This document shows, in pieces, positions 28,828 to 43,858 of a stretch of DNA of 64,000 nt. A program made the position numbers and the translations under genes. Every line of letters begins with the position of its first letter. Position 1 is the stretch's first letter. The stretch lies in the NCBI GenBank assembly GCA_964016885.1, contig OZ024760.1, forward strand, positions 3,596,001 to 3,660,000. The letters run 5' to 3'. This DNA is from Eledone cirrhosa (lineage: Eukaryota). A model generated the notes under the pieces. It worked only from the letters and a program-made list of their open reading frames with translations. It did no database searches and was not told the DNA's origin.

Positions 28828-29031
28828 AATATATAAACAACTATCTGGTTGTGGAACCAACCAACCAGAAATTTATAAATTCCTAAATTTATAAATTTAT
28901 TATAATAAATTGTAGTGAATGCAACTGGTGCGTGTGTTTCTTATTGGCAACATGACCCTCCCAAAGTATAACAATATCGGTTTCAACACACGATTTCAGA
29001 TAAAGAATCTTGCTAAACAAATTCAGAAACG

Positions 29032-29126
<95 letters not shown>

Positions 29127-29138
29127 ACGAAGAAATTA

Positions 29139-29259
29139 TGGTAAGGAACCAGAGGGACCATAACGCACCAAAGTACTCAATACTTAGGGTAGTAGAGTGG
29201 GTAATAGGAACAAGTATGACCCCGACGGCAGAGCTCAAGCCGTCGGGGTCATACTTGTT
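29139..29259. mobile_element. Dispersed repeat (same family as 11016) ending in a 21-bp-arm hairpin
   Basis: aacaagtatgaccccgacggc-agagctcaa-gccgtcggggtcatacttgtt at 29209-29259. Confidence 0.8.
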
Positions 29260-29357
29260 TCTATATATATACATATATATATCTATAATAAATAAATGAA
29301 TATATATATAATAATAAAATTACATATATATATGTGTGTGTCAATATATAAATATAT

Positions 29358-29450
<93 letters not shown>

Positions 29451-29600
29451 TACATATACCCATACATACATGCTTATGTACGTCTACATCACGTCACCAA
29501 CACCCTCATTAGCCCCACCTTCATCACTAACACCATTATATATATATATATAATATATGTCTGTATGTGTATGTATGTATATATGTATGTGTATATGTAT

Positions 29601-30175
29601 CCCAGTACAACCTGTCTCATGGTCGGGTCGTTGGCGACTAAACTGGCAACCCCACCAAGGTTTCTTGGTGAGGAGGGTGACTTTGGACATCCTGCAGGAC
29701 TAAAAACAAAACCTGTCAAAGGGCAAAGGAGCTCTTAAGAGTCAATGGCCATCCAAAATCACCGGGAGAGATGACCCCTTAGCCTTTGTTAAGGCAGAAT
29801 TCTAGGAGAAGGAAAACTCTGATATAACACCTGCAACCCTGATGGTATCCAATGATGTTGACTTGTTCTTCTTTTTGGCAAATATCATCTTGGTTATGAG
29901 AGTGGGACTGGCTTTGTGCAGTGCCTTTGCTAACTATAAAAGCTTCACGGCACAGGCATTGCTTTATATCTGGAGATCTCTCTACACTTGTCGTCACGTG
30001 GTACCATGGGCCCAGCACTGTGTGCCAATAATTGTCACATGTGTAGTGTTTGTACCAGAGTTTTCAAGTCGCTGGCTGGACTAAAAAGTCACACACGTTC
30101 AGCGCATCGTAGGGGTTCTCCTACATGAATATAAAGTAGTGGCCGTACTCGAAAACGAGTTGGCAGCCACCATGT
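29601..30175 (+). mobile_element. Internally deleted RTE-like LINE derivative (5' UTR-like part joined to the 3' end)
   Basis: 3' part reads CTRVFKSLAGLKSHTRSAH (C2H2-like end of an RTE ORF), then tail gtactcgaaaacgagttggcagccaccat; related tail on the minus strand at ~52237-52275. Confidence 0.6.
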
Positions 30176-30622
30176 GTATATATGTCTGCATGTATGTGTG
30201 TCTGTGTATGTATGTATATATGTCAGCATGTATATGTGTCTGTAGATTTATGTCTATACATCTGCATGTATAGACATAAAAGGTAATATATAATGTAATC
30301 TACTTTATATTGTATATTGGAAATTCTTCAATTTCCGTTCCATTTATCACTTTTGTCATAAGCTCCTCGTTGTCTTTGGATGAGTTTAAGATGAGTCATA
30401 TATGTAGTGCATGTGTGCCCTATATATATGTATGTGTTGTGTTTATATATATGTATATACATATGTCTTTATATATATATATATATATACATCTGTTTTT
30501 ATATATAGATACATGTCTTTATATATATATATATATACATGTCTTTATATATATATATATATACATGTCTTTATATATATATATGAACCTAATACCAACA
30601 CTGTTCGCACTGCACTCTTTGT

Positions 30623-30669
<47 letters not shown>

Positions 30670-30738
30670 CATACATAAATGTATACATATATATGTCTTT
30701 ATACACATACGCACACGCGTCCCTTCTGGTATTTTTAA

Positions 30739-31380
30739 CTCTTAGCATCCTATACTAATTTAGTAGGAAATACTTAAAATGGGTTTGTTAATAGTAACGG
30801 AGAGATTATAGTAATGTAAACCATTGGACTTCCATTTTGAATTTTATGTACTTCTAGCTCTGTTTTGTATTTGTCAAGAATATCTTGCCAATGTACTTTC
30901 ATATGCTTTGTTAATTAACTCTTTAGTATTTACATTACTCTATATATACTATTGTGTTTTCACGGTAAACACGTTATCTATGGCATTTTGATATTATTTA
31001 ATTTGAGAACAATACCTTAACATAAGTATGCGCAGCCGGTTACCGCCAGTGTGAACAGGAAGAGGTGAGAGAAATCTGGCCGGATACGGCCAGTTTGAAT
31101 GTTAAACGGTTAATGCAAACGTTTATATTATCTTTACTAGTGGATACATTCTTGTCAATGTTTATAGTTTTACAATAAAGATTTTGATGTTTAATGTGTT
31201 GCAGCCTTAGTGCTGTTTTGTACCTTTCAAGAATGTCTTGCTAATGTCGTTTCATTTTGTTTGTTTATAGTATCTACACTAGTGGACAGTAAATTCAAGA
31301 CTTTGATTTTTAATGTAGTACTGTTTTGTAGTTTTCCATGTCTTATTGATGTGGTTTCATGTGGTACAGGATGTTAAGAG
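30739..31380. mobile_element. piggyBac-type MITE (TTAA TSD) with a nested TTAA element at 30919-31109
   Basis: TTAA|ctcttagcatcctatac ... gtacaggatgttaagag|TTAA (15/17 TIR match); inner TTAA|ctctttagtattta ... tgaatgttaaacgg|TTAA. Confidence 0.7.
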
Positions 31381-31742
31381 TTAACTTTGTTTAAATTCGA
31401 TTGTTCAACCCAGTTTTTATAAGTTAAAATGAAATAAAAAAATCAAGTCATTAGAGATATACTTCACTGCTTTATGATCGTTTCTAGATGATGATAATAC
31501 ATTGTAGCTATACTTCGTTATTGATCTATGTAAGGTTAGTTACAAAATATCAGATAAACATATATATATATATCAAATAAAAAAGATATATGTATATATA
31601 GTGAGAGAAAGAGCCATATATCGTATAAGAAATACGGTATATGGCCTTTTCTCTCTATATATAAACATATCTTTTTCATTTGATTATTATGGCTCTAGAT
31701 AAAGTCTATTGCGCTTGCTTATTGAGAAACACAAAATTCTAA

Positions 31743-31914
<172 letters not shown>

Positions 31915-32438
31915 GTGTGTGTGTGTACAAATGAATGAGATGTTACTAGTTAAAATTAGTTAGGCAATTGTTCAAATTAGTACTCCTTACTTATGGAAAG
32001 TAGTATGTACCTGGTTCGTTTATTTCATCCAGGACACGAGGAAATACCTCTTACACAGCTGTTCACCATAGTCTAAAGCAGATTTTTATTTATCTACACA
32101 AACAACATATATATATATTTATACATATACAAACGCCGTGTATAATTTTAATCAGTTTTTCCGATGATTTGATTAAGCATACATTGTATTTAAAATTGAG
32201 TGACACAACTCCAAGTGATTATCAATTTTTAGACAACTTAATCAATGAAACAATTGTTAATACTGTAAATAAAACCCTTTTTGTACTGTTGACCATGTTA
32301 TTCTTCACTCTTTCACTATTTATACATAGGTACATATATAATAAATGTAATCTGAGTTTTTCGAGTATTCAGCCATGTAGAGCGATAATTATATATATAT
32401 ACATCTAATTATATATTTATGTATAAAATATATATATA

Positions 32439-32515
32439 CAGGGCGTCCCCAAAAATGTATACATACTTCAACATCATTCTAATAAATAAATGTATCCATT
32501 TTGGAGAACACCCTG
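32439..32515. mobile_element. 77-bp Tc1/mariner-type MITE
   Basis: TA|cagggcgtccccaaaaatgtataca ... tgtatccattttggagaacaccctg|TA. Confidence 0.75.
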
Positions 32516-33100
32516 TATATGTACACACACACACACAATGTATGTATGTACGTATATGTATGCATGTATGCGTGTATGTATTTATCAATATATGTGTGTA
32601 TGTATCTATGTATGTGTATATTTATGTGTATAGTTCAAGATTAAAGACACAACAAAGTACTGTTTGTGATAAAATGAAGAAGAAAAGAAAAAAAATTGGA
32701 AATTAAACAATACATCAACGTATCTGAAGTTGGGCCTTCATCAGGAAAAAGTGAAGTTAGACGAGATAGGTGACTGGAAGAGACAACAAAAAGTGGCGAA
32801 AATGGAAGGGTTTATCTTTAGGGGCGAAGTGGGTTAGCATGTAGTTGTGTGCAGTAATGGTGGTAGTGTGCCATATATATATGAGGGGGTGCATGGACGT
32901 CCAGCCCCCCTATAATTATATTGTTCTCCCCAAACTACCAAAACACACATCTATTTGTATATGCACTACAATTTATGTACATGTTATGTTTATTGCATAT
33001 TGAAGCTTTTTATATCTCTGTTAATATTTGATAATAACAGCTAAACTCATCACTACAACTAAATTTATCAAATTCCCCCCCCCCCCCAATTCAGAAATGC

Positions 33101-33115
33101 CTCCACCGTCCCTGT

Positions 33116-33179
<64 letters not shown>

Positions 33180-33190
33180 CACCGTCCCTG

Positions 33191-33225
<35 letters not shown>

Positions 33226-33626
33226 TCCACCGTCCCTGTATATGTATATATATATATATATGTGTGTGTGTTCCACCGTCCCTGTATATATATATATATA
33301 GAAAGTGGCTTCCTTGTTCAATCATCTTACCAGAAGCCTGACATTATTTATGTAAGCGGACGGTACTTGATTTAGGAGCCGCAGAAACCCAAATTTTGGA
33401 TTTTACCAACCTTCCAGGGGTCCGGGTAAATTTTCAATACCCAAATTACTTGATCGTTTTTTTTTTGGCTATGCGAATAATTGTTTAACCATCGTCTCAG
33501 TGTGTTTGGCCTTTAACGTTTGTTATAGCTCTGGTTCATCTGAATCATTGAGCACTTGCCGCACATCTCGGAGGTTGTTTTTCATTATTTCGTGGGCCGA
33601 AGTGCGAATCTCGATAATTTATGTTT

Positions 33627-33725
<99 letters not shown>

Positions 33726-33737
33726 CCACCGTCTCTG

Positions 33738-33768
<31 letters not shown>

Positions 33769-33778
33769 TCCACCGTCC

Positions 33779-33848
<70 letters not shown>

Positions 33849-33869
33849 CACCGTCTCTGTATATGTATG

Positions 33870-33904
<35 letters not shown>

Positions 33905-33925
33905 ACGTGTTCCACCGTCCCTGTA
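33101..33925. repeat. 8 copies of (t)tccaccgtc(c/t)ctgta separated by TA/TG microsatellites, in two clusters
   Basis: Copies at ~33101, 33177, 33226, 33271, 33724, 33768, 33847 and 33910. Confidence 0.85.
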
Positions 33926-34254
33926 TATATATATGCCAGAAGGTCGGCCCTTTGAATTGTATATACAGTCCATTTGATGGGCTTACAAACAGCTGCCGTC
34001 TACCCAATTTCACTCAATGGCTAGGGTCTACCTAGGTTAATGTTAAAGGGTAATTCCCCAAGATGCCACGCTGTGGGACTGAAGTCGAGGACTTCATGAT
34101 TACGAAGCCACACACATATATATATACACACACACGTGTGTCTAAATGTGGAGTACATCAACAAGGTCAAAAACCACGTTGTTTATTTTCTGGAAGCGTT
34201 TAAACTAATGAAGATAAAATATGTTATGTAACAAACCTGATTGAACTCGGTTTA

Positions 34255-36530
34255 CCACCACCACTGCTGCCTCCACTACCACCATCACTGCCTCCACTAC
34301 CACCACTACCACCACTGCTGCATCCACTACCACCACTGCTGCCTCCACTACCACCATCACTGCCTCCACTACCACCACTACCACCACTGCTGCATCCACT
34401 ACCACCACTGCTGCCTCCACTACCACCATCACTGCCTCCACTACCACCACTACCACCACTGCTGCATCCACTACCACCATCACTGCCTCCACTACCACCA
34501 CTACCACCACTGCTGCATCCACTACCACCATCACTGCCTCCACTACCACCACTACCACCACTGCTGCATCCACTACCACCATCACTGCCTCCACTACCAC
34601 CACTACCACCACTGCTGCATCCACTACCACCATCACTGCCTCCACTACCACCACTGCTGCCTCCACTACCACCACTACCACCACTGCTGCCGCTACTGCT
34701 GCCTCCACTGCCACCACTACCACCACTGCTGCCTCCACTACCACCATCACTGCCTCCACTACCACCACTACCACCACTGCTGCATCCACTACCACCACTG
34801 CTACCTCCACTACCACCACTACCACCACTGCTGCCTCTACTGCTACCTCCACTGCCACCACTACCACCACTGCTGCCTCCACTACCACCACTGATGCCTC
34901 CACTACCACCACTCCCACCACTGCTGCCTCCACCACTCCCACCACCACTACCACCGCCACCACCACCATCATTATCATTAACAGCCGCATTCTCTCACAC
35001 ATTCATATACCAATATTCAGTGTCGTTCCGTGCTCTTCCAGCTGCTTAGAGCAGTCTGGTCTGTTTACATTGTCACCTCCACCGCCACTACCATTGCTAT
35101 CATAACATCATCACTACCACCACCACCACCACCACCACCACCACCACCATCATAACATTATCACTACCAACACCAACCATACCACCACCATCATCACTAC
35201 CACCACCACCACCACCACCATCATAACATTATCACGACCAACACCAACCACACCACCACCACCATCACCACCACCACCATCATCACTACCACCACCACCA
35301 CCACCACCACCATCATAACATTATCACTACCAACACCAACCACACCACCACCACCATCACCACCACCACCATCATCACTACCACCACCAGCTACAGCAAC
35401 ACCAACACCACCACCACCATCATCACTACCACCACCAGCTACAGCAACAGCAACACCACCACCACCATCATCACTACCACCACCAGCTACAGCAACAGCA
35501 ACACCACCACCACCATCATCACTACCACCACCAACTACAGCAACACCAACACCACCACCACCATCATCACTACCACCACCAGCTACAGCAACAGCAACAC
35601 CACCACCACCATCATCACTACCACCACCAGCTACAGCAACAGCAACACCACCACCACCATCATCACTACCACCACCAACTACAGCAACACCAACACCACC
35701 ACCAATACCAACGGTATCATACCATCAACACCATCATAACATCACCATCATCATCACCACCACTATCAACACAATATTAACACCAACAATCACATCAACA
35801 CCACCACTACCTTCAGTCATAACACCTCTACCACCAACAGCACCACCTCTACCACCAACAGCAACCACACCACCTATCCTGTTCTGATACTTTATCGTGT
35901 CACCCACCACCAACCACACCACCACCACCACCACCAACCACACCACCACCACCAACCACACCACCACCACCAACCACACCACCACCACTACCACACCACC
36001 ACTACCAACTACACCACCACCACCAACCACACCACCACCACTACCACACCACCACTACCAACCACACCACCACCACCAACCACACCACTACCACACCACC
36101 AGCAACCACAACCACCACCAGCAACCACAACCACCACCACACCCCTACCACTACCACACCACCACTACCAACCACACCACCACCACCAACCACACCACTA
36201 CCACACCACCAGCAACCACAACCACCACCACCAACCACCACCACCACCACACCCCTACCACTACCACACCACCACTACCAACCACACCACCACCACCAAC
36301 CACACCACTACCACACCACCAGCAACCACAACCACCACCAACCACACCACCACCACCACCTATCCTGTTCTGATACTTTATCGAGACACCCACCACCAAC
36401 CACACCACCACACCCCTACCACTACTACACCACCACTACCAACCACACCACCACCACCAACCACACCACTACCACACCACCAGCAACCACAACCACTACC
36501 AGCCACACCACCACCAACCACACCACCACC
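34255..36530. repeat. Series of CAC-rich compound minisatellites (34255-34965, 35090-35720, 35900-36530)
   Basis: Units such as cactgcctccactaccac and accaccagctacagcaac; duplicated unique piece cctatcctgttctgatactttatcg at 35873 and 36359. Confidence 0.85.
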
Positions 36531-38459
36531 ACGGATAGAATGAAAGGTAAAGTTGACCTCAACGGGAATTGAACTGAGAAAGCATTAAATCGTTTGCTCT
36601 TACGTCATTACCCACTCGACACCTTGAAATGGTAGAAATAGATACTTAAATGTTTGAATATCTGAGACGAGGTAAGAAGCTAATTAATTGTTGAGATAAT
36701 TAACCTCATCTTTAAAGTTTATAAATTATAAAACATTTACAACTTCACTGTGTCTTAATTGATGTCATCTCCAATTGTTGCCGCCAGTGTTATTCCTTGA
36801 TGTTTTCTATGTTGTACAAGAAACCTTTGTTTCTGAACTAAGGGCTGTAGTGACGCCCCTTTTATCCACAAAGGGTTGTCATTTAAATCCCACCACTCCT
36901 ACCATCACTACCACAACAACGACAACAATAACGACAACAACACTAGCAACGCTAACAATAAAATATCTGCATCAAAAAGAATGGCCAATGACAGCGCTAA
37001 AAATAACAACAACAGCAGCAATAACAACAACAGTAACAATAACAGTAACAACAACAGTAACAACAACAGTAACAATAACAGTAACAACAACGGTAACAAT
37101 AACAACAGTAACAACAATAGTAACAACAATGACATCAACAACAGTAACTTACAAGAACAACAACTACAAAAACAATAACAACAGCAGCAAAAACAACGAC
37201 GACGACAACAACAGCAGCAACAACGACGACAGCAGCAATGTGGTGTTTACATGTGAACATCTCGTTAATAAAGATGTTTACAGTAATTGGTGAAACGTTA
37301 ATGGCGCCAACAGGAAGTGAGTAAAGAAATGAAGACGAAGGTGGTGGTGGTGGTGGTGATGATGGTGGTGGTAAAAACCTGCTCGGATTAGTGTAGAAAG
37401 TGTGTGTGTATTTGTGTGTTTGTTTGTGCATGTGTGTGTATTTGTGTCTGTGTGTGTGTGTGTATCCTCTTCGTAAAGGAGAGTGCTTAGCTTGAGTTTT
37501 GTAGTATGTGAGAGATTGTATAGGGGAGAGAGATATAGAGAAAGAGAGGAGGGAGAGAGGAGTGGTAGGAGGAAATGAGAGTGTGAGCTTGCTGGAGTTT
37601 ATGTAATATGACAGAGAGAGAAGGGAATGGTAGGAGGAAATGAGAGTGAGAGCTTGCCAGAGTTTATGTAATGTGACAGAGAGAGAGGGAGATGATGGAA
37701 GGAAGGGGGAAAGCTTGCCAGAGTTTGTGTGTGTGAGAGAGAGAGGGGAAGAAGGGAATGGTCGGGGGAAGGAGAGGTGAGAGCTTGCCAGAGTTTGTGT
37801 GTGTGAGAGAGAGGGGGGGGGGCAGGAGGAAGGAAGAGAATGGTAGGAGGAAACGAGAGTGTGAGCTTGCCAGAGTTTATGTAATGTGTGTAAAGGAGAA
37901 GGTGAGAGGAGGGGAAGTGTGAGAGTGGTTTAAGACAGAAGACTGTATTACATGGTGGTGATGATGGTGGTGGTGGTGGTGGTGGCGATGATGATGATGG
38001 TGGTGGTGGTGGTGGTGGCGATGATGATGATGATGATGGCGATGCTGGTGATGGTGATGGTGATGATGGTGGTGGTGGTGATGGTGATGATGGTGATGGT
38101 GGTGATGGTGATGGTGGTGATGGTGATGGTGGTGATGGTGGCGTTGATGTCGACTTTAACGTTTATCTATTTAGTTGGGAGAGGGGCGATCGATAAAATA
38201 AGTATAAGTTTAATATTGAAGAGATCGATATTAATCGACTACCTCCCTTACAATCCCAGCGCCCCATGTCAATACCATTGTTGATCGGTAGATCGATACC
38301 TCTGATCACGGAAAGGTGAAGGAGGGATGTACTTTATCATCACTTTTGTTTAGAAAGGGACGTAACTTAAACACGATTGTCATAACAATGACTTTAGAGG
38401 GGAACTTCGATCAAGAGGGCGTGGTGGTAATTCCCATGAGTTTATGGCGGTGATCATAC

Positions 38460-39310
38460 CTGGTGGTGGTGGTGGTGATGGGATGGCCATGGTATATTGT
38501 AGTGTATGGTGGTGGTGGTGGTGGTGGGATGGCCATGGTATGTTGTAGTGTATGGTGGTGGTGGTGGTGGTGGTGGTGGGATGGCCATGGTATGTTGTAG
38601 TGTATGGCGGTGGTGGTGGTGGTAGGATGGCCATGGTATATTGTAGTGTATGGTGGTGGTGGTGGTGGTGGTGGTGGGATGGCCATGGTATGTTGTAGTG
38701 TATGGCGGTGGTGGTGGTGGTAGGATGGCCATGGTATATTGTAGTGTATGGTGGTGGTGGTGGTGGTGGTGGTGGGATGGCCATGGTATGTTGTAGTGTA
38801 TGGCGGTGGTGGTGGTGGTAGGATGGCCATGGTATATTGTAGTGTATGGTGGTAGGATGGCCATGGTATATTGTAGTGTATGGTGGTGGTGGTGGTGGGA
38901 TGGCCATGGTATGTTGTGGTGTATAGTGGTGGTGGTGGTGGTGGTGGTGGGATGGCCATGGTGTATGGCGGTGGTGGTGGTGGTGGGATGGCCATGGTAT
39001 ATTGTAGTGTATGGTGGTGGTGGTGGTGGTGGTGGTGGGATGGCCATGGTATATTGTAGTGTATGGCGGTGGTGGTGGTGGTGGTGGGATGGCCATGGTA
39101 TATTGTAGTGTATGGTGGTGGTGGTGGTGGGATGGCCATGGTATGTTGTGGTGTATAGTGGTGGTGGTGGTGGTGGTGGTGGTGGGATGGCCATGGTGTA
39201 TAGCGGTGGTGGTGGTGGTGGGATGGCCATGGTATATTGTAGTGTATGGTGGTGGTGGTGGTGGTGGTGGGATGGCCATGGTATATTGTAGTGTATGGCG
39301 GTGGTGGTGG
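38460..39310. repeat. Minisatellite ggatggccatggtat(a/g)ttgtagtgtat(ggt)n
   Basis: About 17 units with variable GGT runs. Confidence 0.9.
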
Positions 39311-39644
39311 TCACAGTATGTGGTTGTAGCCATTATCAGTGGTGTAGTTTGGTGGTCACCCTGTGTGTTGGTGGCGTTGACCATTCTCTGTAGTGTACTG
39401 TGGTGGTGGTGGTGGTGGTGGTGGTGGTGGTAGTGACCGTCTTCAGTGGTGGTGGTCACACACTGATGTACTGCGTTGACTTTACTCCTCTGGTATAATA
39501 AGTATTACTCAAAACCTGACTTAATCTCTTCCCCAGTCCCCAGTGTGTAGTATTAGATTGGGAGGGGTTACCACTAGATTATGCAATCATACTTGCAACT
39601 ACAGATTCTATATTATAACAGTGTAGTCCTTTCGTCCGTCTGTC

Positions 39645-39823
39645 GATTGGCAGTATCGGTGGAGGGTCGGACGCCATGCTTTCCAGCATAGTTACGTCCC
39701 TTTACGATCTGAGTTCAAATCCCGCCGAGGTTGACTTTTCCTTTCATCCTTACGGGGTCGCTAAAATAAAGTACCAGTAATGAACTGGGTAATTGCTGGC
39801 CTTGTGCCTAAAGTAGAAACAAA
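39645..39823 (+). mobile_element. SINE family A
   Basis: attggcagtatcggtggagggtcggacgccatgc...gagttcaaatcccgccgagg...aaagtagaaacaa. Confidence 0.85.
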
Positions 39824-39975
39824 TATGTTAAAAAACGTTAAAAAAACCATCCTTTTTTTTTTTTTATTTTGGGTTCATGGAACACAACTATAAGACAAAA
39901 AAAGGGGACGGTATGTTCTAAAATGTTTTCATTCATATCAGAAATTACCGATTTTTGTCAGTAGTGTTCCTTCCA

Positions 39976-40047
<72 letters not shown>

Positions 40048-40892
40048 TCCCTCTATTTAGCTAATTACATGCATGTCTGTTTACTATACGTCCGTCTGTC
40101 TCTCTATCTCTGTGTATGTATGTAGACAGCAGAGAAGATGTGCTAGTTTCGAGGCTGATGGTATTGAAATACATAACTAGCATCGATTAGACTGCACATT
40201 ATTACTTTGCTCTCTGAAACGATCGTAAAACAATGTGTTGACACCTCATTTTGCGTTGATACCTCATATATATATATATATAAAATAGTTTTATTAAACA
40301 GAAACTAGGTAATATAACTGCAGCTTGAGACGTCTGTCTTCCCCATTGGTGAGGTCCAATGTTGGTTTACAAAATCGAGATTGTAGGCCAAGGGGATTTT
40401 GAATGCAAGTTTACGGTGTTTTCTGAAGGGCTTGTTTACAGATTAGGGTAATCAACGGTCTTATTTACACACACACACACACACACATACACACACACAC
40501 ACACACGCACACACAAATTCGCTCAAGTTTAGTATGAAGGAAAGGAATATTAGTTATTCCGTCGACAAAACTATGGCTTATGTAGTATTTCATGACAGGA
40601 GGTAGAAAAATTATTGTTCATTTATGATCTACGATAATATTGTAGAGTGAGTTTTATGATGGAAACTCAGTGAAGATAAAATAAGAAGATGGCGAAGTTA
40701 TCACCAAGAAGTTTATTACACTCTACTTCATAAATAACATGGCTTTACTAACGGAATATGGAATATTAGGTTTCTTCACCAAAGAGGAACAAAGCTAAAA
40801 GAGAAAGCCCTTGTCCAAGGTGCCTCGCCGAGGGATCGAACTCGAAACCACATGATTTGGGGGAACTGTTGTAGAATTGGGTGATGGTTGTC

Positions 40893-41430
40893 TAGAATGT
40901 GTGTTGTGAGTGTTGTGTTATGGTATTGTTGGGTGGTTGTGAGGTGTGTTGTAGTGTAGAATGTGTGTTGTGAGTGTTGTGTTATGATATTGTTGGGTGG
41001 TTGTGAGGTGTGTTGTAGTGTAGAATGTGTGTTGTGAGTGTTGTGTTATGGTATTGTTGGGTGGTTGTGAGGTGTGTTGTAGTGTAGAATGTGTGTTGTG
41101 AGTGTTGTGTTATGGTATTGTTGGGTGGTTGTGAGAGCTGTGTTATGGTATTGTTGGGTGGCTGTGAGGTGTGTTGTAGTGTAGAATGTGTGTTGTGAGT
41201 GTTGTGTTATGGTATTGTTGGGTGGTTGTGAGAGCTGTGTTATGGTAGTGTTGGGTGGTTGTGAGGTGTGTTGTAGTGTAGAATGTGTGTTGTGAGTGTT
41301 GTGTTATGGTATTGTTGGGTGGTTGTGAGGTGTGTTGTGAGAGCTGTGTTATGGTATTGTTGGGTGGTTGTGAGGTGTGTTGCGTAGAATGTGTTGTGTG
41401 AGGTGTGTTGTGTAGAATATGTATTATGTG
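40893..41430. repeat. 64-bp minisatellite tagaatgtgtgttgtgagtgttgtgttatggtattgttgggtggttgtgaggtgtgttgtagtg with partial units
   Basis: Period 64 (40893, 40957, 41021, 41085). Confidence 0.9.
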
Positions 41431-42349
41431 AGGTGTGTTATAGTATTGTTGGGTGGTGTAGAATATCTGTTGTGTGAGGTGTGTTGTATTGGAGTGGGGT
41501 AGCTAATTATAAGGCATTCTACATTGATGTATATAATTATTCTTAAACGATATTGCTTTTTTTTTTAAACAGCCTATTTATTGAGGTTTATATTCCTGTG
41601 TCCTCTTATATCTACCACCACCACCATCACAACACCACCACCATAACATCAACACCGCCACCATCACATCACCACCACCACCAACACCACAACCATCACA
41701 CTACCACCATCACATCACCACCAACACCACCATCATCACATCACCAGCAATGCCACCACAACACCACAACCATCACAGTACCATCATCACCATCAACATC
41801 ACAGCACCACCATCGCCACAACCATCACTACCACCATCACAGCACCACCACTACCACCAACATCACAGCACCACCATCACTACCACTATCACAGCAACAC
41901 CACCACCACCATTACCACGATCACAGCACCACCAATGCCACCACTTCACCACAATCATTATTACCACCATCACAGCATCACCAGTGCCACCACCGTCACT
42001 ACCACTACCACAGCAACACCACCACCACCATTACCAACATCACAGCATCACCACCAACAACAAAAGTACCACCAACACTTAACGCTACCATCAATAACAC
42101 CACCATTGTTAAAATCACCAACCGCCACCTCTAGCACCACAATGAAGAACACCACCTCACCATTACACCTGCCAGCATGACACTACCGCCATGAAACCCC
42201 CCGGCATCACGGAACCATCTGCGCCGCCGCCACCATTAACACAGCCAACAGCAAGCAGTAGGAACCATTTTAAGAATGCTTCCACTTGTTCACATAGCTC
42301 TCTGCTGTTTTCAGCAGTTGTAAACATAAGCATTACCACTACCGCTGCC

Positions 42350-42750
<401 letters not shown>

Positions 42751-43194
42751 TCAAACCAAACACACTTTCATTCATCTCGTGGCAGCAAGCTACTTTCACT
42801 TTCCAACAAAAATCAGCCTCGCTGTGAAACTGGCCACGTTTTTCCTTTGCATAGTTTTGGCGCTAACAACACACTGCTACGCCTTATAATACTGCTGCTG
42901 CTGCTGCTGCTATGTTGTTATGGTCTCTCTTACATTGCACTCAAACGTAACCCAGAGACCAGCATATATATATATATATACATATATATATATGATATAC
43001 ATATATATATATATATATTACATATTTATATGCATGTGTGCGCGCGCGCATATATAATCTAATTCTTCGTCGTTTCATGTTATTCACAAATATTTTATTA
43101 AAAGCCTTTACGCACCCGAGCACGCATGCGCATACATATACATATCTGTACACACAACCATGTGTTATGTGTATATGTACATATATATGTGTGC

Positions 43195-43231
<37 letters not shown>

Positions 43232-43762
43232 GAGAGAAAGAAATATATACATACATATTAAACATTGAACGTGTTTGTTTGAATAAGCACCTTATATACA
43301 CACAATTCAATGTGTATATATACATATATACACAAACATACAACACATAAATATATCAATCTTTCTATGTTTAATATATATACATCTAATGGTTTCACTC
43401 ACACGACTGTGGCCATGCTGGAGCAACGGCCTCATGTGTTCACAGAGTATCGGTTCTGGTACTTGAACTATCAACATTGGGAGGTAAAAATCATAAAATT
43501 GACTTTAGGCAAGATTTGAACTAAAAAATTAATATAGATGTCATGAAATATTGTAAAGAAGTTACTTTTTCTTTCTCCCCCCCCCCCTCTTCCCTCCCTC
43601 CACATCTCTCTCTCTCGTTCTCTCTCACTCTCTCTCTTTTCAATCTTTATCTCCTCATACATAAACACACATGTCGGCCTTCCAGCATGGCCGCAGTCTA
43701 ATAACTGTAGTTAGTAAACTAATACATACATACACACACACACACATACATACATACATACA

Positions 43763-43796
<34 letters not shown>

Positions 43797-43826
43797 CATA
43801 CATACATACATACATACATACATACA

Positions 43827-43858
<32 letters not shown>

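Noticed and set aside
33301-33630. Possible transposase fragment on the minus strand
   Set aside because: Stops present and no motif I can identify
34205-35100. Gly/Ser-rich minus-strand frame
   Set aside because: Bounded by stops with no convincing splice acceptor; explained by the minisatellite
36775-37293. Asn/Gln- or Thr-rich ORFs
   Set aside because: AAC/CAA triplet tract with internal stops, no clear start or splice structure, no recognisable domain
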